Assembly: GCF_963506605.1 (NCBI RefSeq)
Contig: NC_083280.1
Location: forward strand, 41,850,001-41,914,000
Length of the DNA: 64,000 nt
Direction of reading: 5' to 3'
Source of the DNA: Zootoca vivipara
Taxonomy: Eukaryota
Shown here: piece by piece, positions 23,212 to 34,793 of the stretch
How the letters are laid out: each line of letters opens with the position of its first letter
How positions within the stretch are numbered: the first letter of the stretch is position 1
Made by a program: the position numbers and the translations under genes
The notes under the pieces: model-generated
Databases searched by the model: none
Told to the model about the DNA's origin: nothing
What the model saw: only the letters and a program-made list of their open reading frames with translations

Positions 23212-23546
23212 CAGGAATCAGCACAACTTTCCAAACTACAGAAGCTTGGAATGATTCTGGCTCCAGGAACTCTTTGGGCGGCGGGGGGGGGGGAAGAAAC
23301 AGACAGACAGACAGAGAGCGCGCGCGCAAGTCAAGAGCTCCGAGTTGTAAATTCCTCCTGAGCTGTGAGGGGCATTCACTGAGATAGCCCTCCCACTCTT
23401 ACTACTGCAGGTGCAGTGGGCTGGCACTTGGCTGTGAAACTGGAGAGAGCTGGTTTGAGTTTGCACTTTAGCTCCTGGTAGGCAGGGAGCCTAGGCTGTG
23501 CTCACATCTCGGCGCAAAGAGCTGCATGCCGCCCACCGGCAGGAGG

Positions 23547-23769
23547 ATGTCTCAGTGGCTCTGGCTCCTTGGAAGGGCCCTTCTCCTGGCAAGGGTGGCT
23601 GCCTCAGTGAACTTCTTCCATCACCGCTATGAGGAGCTGGTGCAAGCCCTGTTTGATGTGAAGGGCGCCTGCCCATACATTACCAGGCTTTACAGCATTG
23701 GGCGCAGCGTCCAGGGCCGCCACCTCTATGTGCTGGAGTTCAGCGACTATCCTGGCATCCATGAGCCCA
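23547..23769 (+). CDS. CPN1: CPN1 exon 1 (an upstream in-frame ATG at 23526 would add MPPTGRR)
   Basis: [74 protein letters not shown]; |gtaagt. Confidence 0.93.
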
Positions 23770-24345
23770 GTAAGTGTTTTCCTGGGGTTGTAACCCTTTC
23801 CTGCGGCTGAGCAGTTGCTTCTTTGTGTGCTTCCATCCCATGCCAAGTTCCGGAGCAGCGAGATTCAGTGCTGCCCTGGCTTCTAACCAGGAACCCCTGT
23901 GGCCAGCAAAGCCCAGCCCCACAGCACTCCTAGCTAGGGCAAGCTGAGGCTGTGGGGAGGAGGAGCTGTGCAGGATGCCGCCGTGTGTCAGCTGACAGAG
24001 ACTCGCCATGGCGACTTGGCATGTATTTCTTTTCGTTTGTGGAGGGATTTCTAAAACTTGTCCTCATTTGTTCATTTTACACTTGAGGAATCGAGGGAGA
24101 AGGATGTGTCCAAAGAGCAGTCCGAGGTCTGTGGCTGAGGTAAAATTTAAATCCAGCTGCCTGGGGTTCAAGTCCACCAGATCACTACCCGCTGCGCAAC
24201 TCTGATTCTAGGAAGAAGAGCTGAAGGAACTGGTTTGAGGTTTATGGTTAACCTTGGCTGGTGAGGGAAACCTCCGTTTGGGGCTCCCTAGCTTTTCATA
24301 CTGCTATGGCAGATATGGCTTTGGTGGAGCCTAATACCTCTGGAA

Positions 24346-24660
24346 CGAGGACGCGGGTGGAGCTGTGGGTTAGACCACAGAGCCTAGGGCTTGCCGATCA
24401 GAAGGTTGGCAGAATCCCCACAACGGGGTAAGCTCCCGTTGCTCGGTCCCTGCTCCTGCCAACCTAGCAGTTCGAAACTACACAGTGAAAGTAGATAAAT
24501 AGGTACCGCTCCAGCGCTGGTTCGCCAGAAGCAGCTTAGTCACACTGGCCACATGACCCGGAAGCTGTACGCCGGTTCCCTCGGCCAGTAAAGTGAGATG
24601 AGCACTGCAACCCCAGAGTCGTTCGCAACTGGACCTAACAGTCAGGGGTCCCTTTACCTT
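24346..24660 (+). mobile_element. Sauria SINE (CPN1 intron 1)
   Basis: 14-bp TSD taatacctctggaa (24332-24345, 24661-24674); cctttacctt tail. Confidence 0.9.
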
Positions 24661-26192
24661 TAATACCTCTGGAAGAAGCAAGGAATGGGTAGGGCACTGA
24701 AATAGGTAGATGCTGAGGACACACAGATACTGTAAGTGACAACAGGCACCAGAGTCAAACCTATGAGGCAAGAGTTGTCAAGTACCTCTTCCATCAGAGG
24801 TGAGATGATCATCAACAAGAAAGGGGGGGGGGACTTTTATCTGGCAATGATGCCCTGGTTGTTGAATGCCCTCCCCAAAGAGTTCTACAGTATCTGCTAT
24901 AATGTTGCTACCGTATCATTTCAGTGACAGGCAAAAGCAGTTTTATTTACTCAGGCATTTCAACTGACATGAACTGATTCTAATTGTTCAAGACTTTTTG
25001 GGTGCTTCCAGGCAAGTGTTTATTGTGGGAAGGTCATTAGTATCAAATGGTCAGCCTGTATCCCCCCCTCCCCTCACCATTCAGCCCAGCATTTTATCTG
25101 CACAACAGCCCTGCAAGGCAAATTATGCTAAAAGCCAGTGAACTTCAGGCTGAATGTGAGGCTGTGTTTTCTCTCTCCAAGCCCAGCAGTATACAATGTT
25201 GGCTAGGGGTGCTTCTAGATGGGTGCCTAATTTGCAAGCGGGTTGTTGAGATATTGCAAATGGGCAACGGGATTATTATAGCACCAACCCCATAATAAAC
25301 ACCCAGCAGGAGGTACCATAAGAATGCCTGCAGGGACACAAGAGAGGGAGGAGGAGCTGAGGAAGAGGGGATAAGAAAGGGAAAGGGCTGGTTGCAGATG
25401 CCAGATTGCTCAAGAGGTGTCTGGATACGTTAGGATTCCCTTTGACCTTGTTTTGTTTCATTTGGGACTGGGAAAGTTGTTGCAAGCACGCCACCCTTCC
25501 ATTTCTCCAATGTGCAATTTAACTGTCTTCTTCACCCCATAGTGCCATCTCTGACTGTGGGATTGAGCAGAAGGGTCCTTTTGCAGCCTCCTGTCCTCTG
25601 AAGGCTGCTTGTCTTGCATATGGAGTTAAAGGGGCCGCTTTATGGGGGGGGAAGAGTGGTTTTAGAGAAAAGAATTTGACACCAGGCCAAGATGAAGGAT
25701 TGATTTGATTTTGCAGTTCAGTCTAAAACCCCTCAAGGCTTTTGAAGTTTGGAATGTGACATACCAGTGAGAGGAGATGAAGGAACTGGGAAGTGGCTGT
25801 ACAAAATAAGGGCATAGAGAGAACCTGACCTTGTTGATTTGAATGGACCCTCTCATCAGCCCTGAATCAAATAAAATGCTTCTCCCCAACCCCAAAATTT
25901 ACACCACTTCCAGACAGGCCATTGCTTCTTGCAACTCTCTTGGGGCACACATTCCCAGGGGTTATGCCACCCTGACTCCACAATTCTTTGCGGGATTCTG
26001 CAAGGTGGAGAAGAGCTACAGCTCAGTGACAGAACTTTGTCATTGTCAATGGCTTTGCATGCCAGAATATCAAGGTGGGGTTGGGAATCTCCCCGGTCAG
26101 TGCCACTGCCAGTCCAAGCATCAAGCTAGGGGGACCAATTAAATGAAGTGGCCTAAGGCATCAGCAGTTGTTTGTGACTCTGTGATCTAGAT

Positions 26193-26330
26193 CAGTGTTT
26201 CCCAACCAGTGTGCCTCCAGATGTTTTGGGACTACAACTCCCATCATTCCTGACCACTGGTCTTGCTAGCTAGGGATGATGGGAGTTGTAGTCCCAAAAC
26301 ATCTGGAGGCACACTGGTTGGGAAACACTG
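26193..26330. mobile_element. Palindromic 138-bp hAT MITE
   Basis: TSD atctagat; long TIRs cagtgtttcccaaccagtgtgcctccagatgttttgggactacaactcccatc. Confidence 0.9.
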
Positions 26331-26483
26331 ATCTAGATCAGCCTTTCCCAACCAGATGTATTGGACCCCAACGCTCATCAGCTGTGCTAGCTGGAACTGG
26401 TTGGGGAAGCCTGCAGTAAATGGTGTATGACCCCGACAGAGAGACTCTTCACAGTAGCACAAAAGGGCACAGCTAGAGTTTAA

Positions 26484-26891
<408 letters not shown>

Positions 26892-27521
26892 TAAACATGC
26901 AGGAGGTGGGGTCATGGAGGACAAGTCTATCAGGCTCCACTAGTAGCTCATACCCGTCATTGAGCTTGGATCCAAATGAAATCAATGGGTTAAGATAATC
27001 ATGACTTAAGTTGCATTTATTTCAATGGGGACTAAGTTCAACTTACTTAGTCTGGATCAAACTCATGTTTAAAAGGTCCCCTGACAGTTTCTATGAAGTT
27101 GCATCTATAGATATGAATTAATATATGTACATTTTAATCCCTCTTTTTAATGTTCCTTTTTAATGAATGAGTGTATGGGTTTTGTTAGGGGTTCTGAGCT
27201 CCTAGTCTTTTGCTGGATCTTTTCCTCCTTCTAAAATCTTCTGTGTATGTGGGTATTTACTTTATTTACAGCAGGGGTGGCTAAGCTATTACCCTCCAGA
27301 TGTTGTTGGACTACAACTCCCATCACCCATGACCATTGGAAAGACTGACTGGGGCAGATGGGAACTGGAGTCCAACAACATCTGGAGGGGCACAGGTCAG
27401 CCACTCCTGCTTTACTAGGCACCTTGCAGAACACAGTGCTGGTGAGACCCCAGTCACCCTCCCTCTTAATTTGCCCAGAGGCAAATTAGTGTCATGAGTC
27501 TGTGCCCCAACATTTTTTTTA

Positions 27522-27977
27522 ACATCACTACTGGGGAAACCAAAACTTTAACTATACGGAGTTTGTTGGCAAGGTGATGTCTCTGCTTTTTAAGATACTG
27601 TCTAGGGTTGTCATTGCTTTTCTCCCAAGAAGCAGGCATCTTTTAATTTCGTGACTGCTGTCACCATCTGCAGTGATCATGGAACCCAAGAAAGTAAAAT
27701 CTCTCACTGCCTCCATTTCTTCCCCTTCTATTTGCCAGGAGGTGATGGGACCAGTGGCCATGATCTTGGTTTTTTTGATGTTGAGCTTCAGACCATATTT
27801 TGCGCTCTCCTCTTTCACCCTCATTAAAAGGTTCTTTAATTCCTCCTCACTTTCTGCCATCAAGGTTGTGTCATCTGCATATCTGAGGTTGTTGATATTT
27901 CTCCCGGCAATCTTAATTCCAGCTGGTCCATGGGGTTACGAAGAGTCGGACACAACTAAACGACTAAACAACAACAA
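27522..27977. mobile_element. Bov-B (RTE) LINE fragment with 5' inversion
   Basis: 27522-27924 minus strand encodes RT ...NINNLRYADDTTLMAESEEELKNLLMRVKEESAKYGLKLNIKKTKIM...; 27925-27977 is the plus-strand 3' end with (caa)n tail. Confidence 0.9.
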
Positions 27978-27998
27978 AAGCAATGCTTTTGCCTAAGG

Positions 27999-28136
27999 CA
28001 GTGTTTCCCAACCAGTGTGCCTCCAGATGTTTTGGGACTACAACTCCCATCATCCCTAGCTAGCAAGACCAGTGGTCAGGAATGATGGGAGTTGTAGTCC
28101 CAAAACATCTGGAGGCACACTGGTTGAGAAACACTG
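27999..28136. mobile_element. Palindromic 138-bp hAT MITE, near-identical inverted copy of 26193-26330
   Basis: TSD gcctaagg (27991-27998, 28137-28144). Confidence 0.9.
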
Positions 28137-28177
28137 GCCTAAGGGGTCAGCCTGCACATTGAACCTTTGTAGCACAG

Positions 28178-28891
28178 TGTAGTAAAATTTAAGCTGGTTC
28201 CTATGAACCCAGAGAAATGGATCCTGACCCAGGGAGTGCCCAAGGATCCAGGCAAGCAGACAAATTTAAGCGTCTCCTGCCCACCAAATAACAGAGACCA
28301 AACCAGGACGTACGAAGCAAGGCACTTTTATTTTCGCTGTTGCAACAGGGTCCTTCCTCTCACACAGGAGAACAAGGAAGGGCCCCAAACAAAGGTGTCC
28401 TGTCCTTAAAAAGAAATTTGAAATTGGTTTCAGCCCACCCCCCAGAAGCATCATCCATATGTCACAGAAGGGGTGTAGCCCAAGACCCCCCCCCTCCCTA
28501 GATTCATCATAGGTACATCATGAAAGGGGAGGTCTGGTGGCAGTAATCTGAGCATCCTGGACCCTGCCCCCTGCCCCCAAAACCTAATCAACAAAAAAGA
28601 GAGATATTTACATTTCCCTGTTTCCCAGCCAAGTTAATCACACCCTTTTGTCTGGCACTCAGGTATCAGGATGCCAGGGATTATCACTTTAATTCCTGAG
28701 ACAATGAGAAGGTTCCCCCCACCCCACTTCTTCCTTGCAGAGGAACGCCAGGTCTGAGAGAGTCAAAATGGTGTCAGAAAGGCCTGTCTTCCTGTGCTGC
28801 TTCAGACATGTGCCTGTACTGTACATTCATGTACATGTTTTATGAACAATTATTATATATATATATATATGACCTCAAAATTCTTATAACA
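28178..28891 (-). mobile_element. Solo LTR related to 8828-9499
   Basis: Minus-strand start TGTTATAAGAATTTTGAGGTC versus TGTTATAAGATTTTTAAGGTC; TSD acag (28174-28177, 28892-28895); minus-strand AATAAA near 28327. Confidence 0.85.
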
Positions 28892-29158
28892 ACAGTAATA
28901 GCCAAGCTAGTAGCACTGGGAGTTTTTTTTCTTAGGGATTTGATTTAGTCATACGGTAGCTTCTAGATAAGTTATGTGCCCTTCCACTGCATTCTGGTGA
29001 TGGGCAACCAAAGCAGGCTGAGATGCTTAGAAAGCCCATTTAATGATACTGGACTTATTTCATCTTTCAAGCCCCAGAGTTATTGGTCTAGCTATTGTGT
29101 TGATTTATTTCCACTCTCACTGGATTTCTGATGAAACTCATGCGGTGTCAATATATAT

Positions 29159-29248
29159 CATAGCTGCCAAGTTTTCGCTTTTCTCGCGAGGAAGCCTATT
29201 CAGCATAAGGGAAAATCCCTGTAAAAAAGGGATAACTTGGCAGCTATG
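29159..29248. mobile_element. 90-bp hAT MITE, copy 1
   Basis: 15-bp TIR catagctgccaagtt/aacttggcagctatg; TSD atatatat. Confidence 0.88.
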
Positions 29249-29818
29249 ATATATATTCCCAGAGCTCCATGACTTGAATGCATTGGTTTCATCTCTGGTA
29301 CTGTCAGTAATTCCTAGCCTTTAAATGCCAGAACAGAAACTGTACTGAATAGGGCCTGGAGCACTGCCGAGTAAAGTATTTAATCTCACTGGAGACCCAG
29401 ATTGGTCATGCTGCTCTTCTCATTACTTTTTCCTTTATTGGGCTTCCCCATTCCGTTGTCTAGGGGACAAATAGATGCAAGAATTTCTGACCATAAAAAT
29501 ATGAGGATTTGCTGCTGGGAGGGGAGGCGGGGGATTCTGTGGATTCTGAGCTATTTTGAGTGCAGCAGTCTGTTGGAAAGCAGCAAATAAAACAAACTCT
29601 AATCTAATTTAAACTAGGGTGGCTGCTGATAATGTTAAACAGGGTCGGAAGATGCCTGTCAGCTGGGATTAACACTCAGAAGCCCAGAGATTTTTTGCAT
29701 ATCCTTGTGTTTCCTGAAATTCTCATTGACGCATACACCAGCAAAAGTGGCCAGGTGGGGTTTGGTGTGCACTTAGCCACGCCCAGGACTCACGTGTGAA
29801 CCATCCATTCTTCTCTAG

Positions 29819-29974
29819 AGCCAAAGTCCCTTAGGATACCTCGTTGGGAGAAACAATGCCAATGGAGTCGACCTTAACCGAAACTTTCCTGACCTCAATA
29901 CTGTCATGTACTACAATGAGAAACAGGGTGGACCCAACCACCACATACCCTTGCCGGACAACTGGAGGAGCCAG
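29819..29974 (+). CDS. CPN1: CPN1 exon 3
   Basis: [52 protein letters not shown]; ctctag|...|gtaaca. Confidence 0.95.
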
Positions 29975-30949
29975 GTAACACATTACTGTAGACTCACTCA
30001 ATGCCTTGTCTGCCTGGGTGTGCTTCACAAAAACAACACTCACTTCTGGACACCCCTCCAGGGCTGTGGCAGTTCAGGTTCCCCTCTCTATGACCCTCTT
30101 CTTCTCTCACCTCAACTCCCACATTAGTTCCAGTGTTGTTAAGCACATCCAATATCCATCTCCCAGTTTACTCCCAATATCCAGCACACTGGGTGTTCTG
30201 TTTCAGTGCCACTGACCCATGGCTGCAGCCGGACACATGGGATGCTTGGGTTTCATCCCACCCACCAATCGGACCAGTGAGGGCTGTGAAGTCCACAAGG
30301 TTGATTTCTTGCAGTGATGCAGAAGTAAAGCTTATACCCCTTGCCATTCTCTTGGTCTTTCACTAGGAGCCAATCTACCCATTCAGGAAAAGCATGTGCT
30401 TCCAGGACTGTACCACTTCACAATGCAGATAGGGTAATCACATATTTGAAGATCGTCTTCAAAAAAAAAAACCCCTCTCCTCAGCACATATAAAAGTGGC
30501 ACATTCCAGCCTGGCACAAGCCTATGGCATACTAGGGCAAATGCCAAATCCCTAGGAGGGCTCACTCCAGCTGTATGCCAGACAGGAATGCCAGGCCAGT
30601 GAGGCCAAAGTTGCCACCATTTTTATTTCCACAGGATGCAATACATCTGCTATCACCATATAGTAAGCATTGGGGGGAGGGCGCTGGAGGGGAAGACCAC
30701 TGAGGGTGTTTTATGTGGGTCATGAACACATTAAGGGGCAGGCCATGCAAGAACCTTTCTCCTTGATATGATAGCTTTCCAACACCAGGTGACTTGACAC
30801 GGCAGAGCACTCAGTCATGGAAGTCTACCTCTACATTTTGAAGGAGTAAGGTCCTAGCAGGACTCTGCCCCATGTTTGTACCGAACTGTAAATGCTGGAA
30901 ATAAGGATGTGGTTCTGGCCTGGTCTTCCCTGCTTGTCCCCCTTCACAG

Positions 30950-31132
30950 GTGGAACCAGAGACTTTGGCTGTGATTCAATGGATGAAAAGCTACAATTTC
31001 ATTCTCTCGGCCAATCTCCATGGTGGTGCCGTCGTTGCCAACTACCCATATGATAAATCCCAAGAGCAGAGAAGCCGGAGTGTCTGGCAAGCACAAAACA
31101 GCCCCACTCCCGATGACAGCCTCTTCCAGAAG
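30950..31132 (+). CDS. CPN1: CPN1 exon 4
   Basis: VEPETLAVIQWMKSYNFILSANLHGGAVVANYPYD...PTPDDSLFQK; tcacag|...|gtgagt. Confidence 0.96.
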
Positions 31133-31385
31133 GTGAGTGGTAGCAAAGATAATAGCCATGGGCACTTTCCCTGGGTGCTGGATTTTGTTTGCTCTGAGCA
31201 GTGCTGGAGTGTAGGTCTTCTTAATGGGAAGCACAGGGAACTGATGTTGCAAAGTCTGAGAGCTATGTGTGTCTTTTTATTGTTCGCAAAGTAATGAATT
31301 TGAATCTGGATTCTGCCTGTGCCCTGCAATGCGTATGAAACTGAGTGGGTAGGAATCTATGACTAGCTTGGCACTTTCTTTACAG

Positions 31386-31497
31386 CTGGCCAAAAGCTAT
31401 TCATATGCCCATGGAACGATGCACCAAGGCACAAATTGTGGAGATCTCTTTCCTGATGGCATCACCAATGGAGCCTCCTGGTATTCGCTCAGCAAGG
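31386..31497 (+). CDS. CPN1: CPN1 exon 5
   Basis: [37 protein letters not shown](G); ttacag|...|gtaagg. Confidence 0.96.
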
Positions 31498-31656
31498 GTA
31501 AGGCCAAGGGGGTAAGGCAGGAGCATTCAAAATAGCCCATGTAGGAGGAACAGGGAATGGAGAGACTGGGAGAAGAGGAAAGGGAGAGGGAGAGACTCAG
31601 CTAGGTCATTCTGGAGGGAAGAAACGATACATGGGGCCCCACCAGGAAATTCTGTA

Positions 31657-31903
31657 CAGTGGTACCTCTACTTACAAATTTAATTCGTTCCGAACGCACA
31701 TTCGTAACTCGAAAAATTTGTAAGTCGAATCCCATAGAAATGCATTGGGAGAAAAAATATCGTTAAGTTGAAGCAACCCTATCTAAAAATTCGTAAGTCG
31801 AAAAAATCCTATCTAAACTGCATCCAAGATGGCGGACAGAGCTCCATTCGTAAGTAGAAACATTCGTAAGTAGAGTTATTCATAAGTCGAGGTACCAGCA
31901 CTG
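31657..31903. mobile_element. Tigger-like MITE
   Basis: ta|cagtggtacctctacttac...gtcgaggtacca(gca)ctg|ta. Confidence 0.8.
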
Positions 31904-32549
31904 TACATTGGAAGAGGAGATAAAGAGCAATGGCGCCTGTGCCTAAAGATGCCTGTTTTGTAATATGATTGTTTTTCCATCTGTTCCTGAAATGTGGGGG
32001 GGTGGGGAACCTTTTCCACCCTAAGGGGCACATTCCTTCATGGGCACCCTTCTGGAGGCCACATTTCAGTGGCGCACAGGGCCCAGAGTCAAAGTGAGCA
32101 CAGAAACGGATGTGAAATTTACCTTTGTAACATGGGAAATATTCCAGCCCTGCAAAGCTCAGGCACACCAGAACTTACACACGTCTCTTTACCTGACCCC
32201 CACAATCCAGCAAGGGGCTGAGGTGATTTTATCAAACAGGGGAGGGGGAACTTGCTTCTTCCCAGGGCCACATGCATGCCAGTAGTGGGTGTGAAAGCAC
32301 TAGATATAAATGTTACCTTTGTACAGCAGGCTGGTTTCCACACAAACTCACAAGCCCCTCTCCGTCTTCCATCCAGGTAAGCAAGAGGCATCATCAGAGG
32401 ACAAGGGCATGTTCTCCAACCAGGCAAAAGCAGAGCCAGGAAGGGGTGTGGCTTGGGGAGAGTTCCAAGGGTCAGATTGAGAGGACTGGAGGACTGCATT
32501 CAGCCCCATTGTGGAACAAATCCAATATCCTCATCTCTTTGCCTTGCAG

Positions 32550-32689
32550 GGATGCAAGATTTCAACTATCTGCACACCAACTGCTTTGAGATTACCCTTG
32601 AACTGAGTTGCGAAAAATTTCCGCCAGAGGGCAGTTTGGTGTTTGAGTGGCGGAAAAATGCTGAAGCACTTATCACCTACATAGAGGAG
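32550..32689 (+). CDS. CPN1: CPN1 exon 6
   Basis: [47 protein letters not shown]; ttgcag|...|gtaata. Confidence 0.96.
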
Positions 32690-32935
32690 GTAATAAAGCT
32701 GCCAGGGTGTCATCCTGCCCAATCCCCCTACAGAGTTGTCTCATTTCCCCCTGGGTCCTTTTTAAAAAATAAATAAATATGGTGTTACATTGACTACTTT
32801 CCAATCCTCAGGTGCAGACGCTGATCTGGCAATTTGTCAGTTTTTATTTTGCTCATTAGCTAAATTTCTCGTCAGCACTTCCTGTCTTAGTTCCCCAGAC
32901 TCACCTCCAATGCTCCATGGCAGCTGCCTTATGCT

Positions 32936-33086
32936 CAGTGCTTTTTTCCCTTTTTTTAAAAAAATGTTTAGGCGTACTTTAATTTTCTTACTCATATTGA
33001 AACACTGCCCCTCAATGAGGCCAAACTTAGATGCACAAAATGTTTAGGGGTATGCACCCCCCTGCATCCCCCCAGAAAAAGTACTG
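32936..33086. mobile_element. hAT-type MITE; related copy at 33994-34155
   Basis: cagtgctttttt...aaaaagtactg ends; shared core cacaaaatgtttaggggtatgca; imperfect 8-bp TSDs. Confidence 0.7.
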
Positions 33087-33263
33087 CTTATACCAGACCA
33101 TGACCAAGTCAGAGCACTTGTCCATCCAATTCAGTACTGAAAGTTACAGGCAGGGCTTTTGGCAACCTTATCTGGAGATACCAAGGACTTTTGGGATCTT
33201 TTGCATTTGGAACATGTGCTTTATCACTGAGCTAGAATGCATCACTTTTGACGTGTGAGTCAA

Positions 33264-33417
33264 NNNNNNNNNNNNNNNNNNNNNNNNNNNNNNNNNNNNN
33301 NNNNNNNNNNNNNNNNNNNNNNNNNNNNNNNNNNNNNNNNNNNNNNNNNNNNNNNNNNNNNNNNNNNNNNNNNNNNNNNNNNNNNNNNNNNNNNNNNNNN
33401 NNNNNNNNNNNNNNNNN
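33264..33417. other. Assembly gap (154 N) in CPN1 intron 6
   Basis: Run of n. No CPN1 exon is missing, because exons 6 and 7 join in frame. Confidence 1.
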
Positions 33418-33556
33418 CACCCTATACCCGGAGGTCTCAGGGAGGTTCACAGAGCTAGGAAAGCCGAACCACTGCATTCTGGATCTAGGCAGTGTGGATT
33501 CCCTTTCCCCAGTTCTAAGGGTATCCACTTATTAGTTTGGTATTTGTGTTTTGCAG

Positions 33557-33659
33557 GTTCACCAGGGCATCAAAGGTCTGGTGTCTGATGACAACAACAA
33601 CAACAGGCTCGCAGGTGCTGTCATCTCCGTCAAAGGAATTGCCCATGATGTCACTTCAG
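33557..33659 (+). CDS. CPN1: CPN1 exon 7
   Basis: [34 protein letters not shown](G); ttgcag|...|gttggt. Confidence 0.95.
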
Positions 33660-34674
33660 GTTGGTACCCAGCTTGACACAGGCCAGACTATTATCATAGG
33701 TGGTAATTAAATGGCATTACTGTACTGTATTTGTATTTCCCACATTTATAATGTGAAAGAAAAACCTTCATATAACTGCCAGGCATACTTTTGCTTTGAA
33801 AATGACTCTCTTCTGCTTTCTGCAGTACGTTAACGGCATTCGCAGTGAGTCATTCTGGAAGACTAAAAGGGGTTCTGAGAGTCTGTTGCAAAGATGTCTA
33901 TTCCTTGTGGTCATGTGCTATAGGGGCTATAAAGGGTATAAGCTTCTCATATAAAAACAAGCAAACAAAATAGAAAAGGCCGTGATTTATGCCCAGTGCT
34001 TTTTTTCTTAAAAAATGTTTAGGGGTACTCTCATTTTGACTCAAGAAAATCACCCTTTTATAGTTCAAATTGGGGAAAATAAATACAGTACAAAGATTCA
34101 CAAAATGTTTAGGGGTATGCATACCCCTGCGTCCCCCCAGAAAAAAACAGCATTGGTTATACCTATAGCTTTATGGTCTCGTAGGCAGCCAGTTTCAATA
34201 TCTTAGTAGTCAAAGAGTTCATCTAGTCCAACACACACACACACACACACACACACACGATGCAGTAAATCTGCTGCTGTAGCAGTGGGCCATTCAGCTC
34301 AATAAGCCTTTTCTCCCCCCCATTAAAATTTTGGGGTGCTAACCCCTGCTCTTCCCTGAATTTTCTGCAGGGAACTATCAGTGATTAGTGGAAATATTGT
34401 GAAACAAACAAACAAACAAACTTGTTCTCTGGCCTGGCAGAGAGCACATTGCAAGCTTGAGCTGTGTTCATAGTGAGTGTCACTGGGCAGATACCGGTAC
34501 ATAATTGAGCAGTTTGTTAGGGGAGTAATCAGGACCAGCTGAACCCTCATTCTGGCCAGGGTTCCCCCTTCTAAGACCCCCTAATTTTGGGGATGAGGCC
34601 AGGCAAGGCAAGCCCAAGTGGTGTTCTCTGGCTCTGCTCCCTGTATCTTCTCAGCCCCTCTTTCTCTCTGGTAG

Positions 34675-34793
34675 GAGAACATGGTGACTATTTCCGGCTG
34701 CTGCTGCCTGGTACTTACGCAGTCACTGCATCAGCAGATGGATACCAGCCACACACAGTGACTGTGACGGTGGGCCCAGCTGCACCCTCGGTG
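34675..34793 (+). CDS. CPN1: CPN1 exon 8
   Basis: [40 protein letters not shown]; tggtag|...|gtgagt. Confidence 0.95.

Noticed and set aside
33232-33535. ORFs containing X runs
   Set aside because: Artefact of the N gap.
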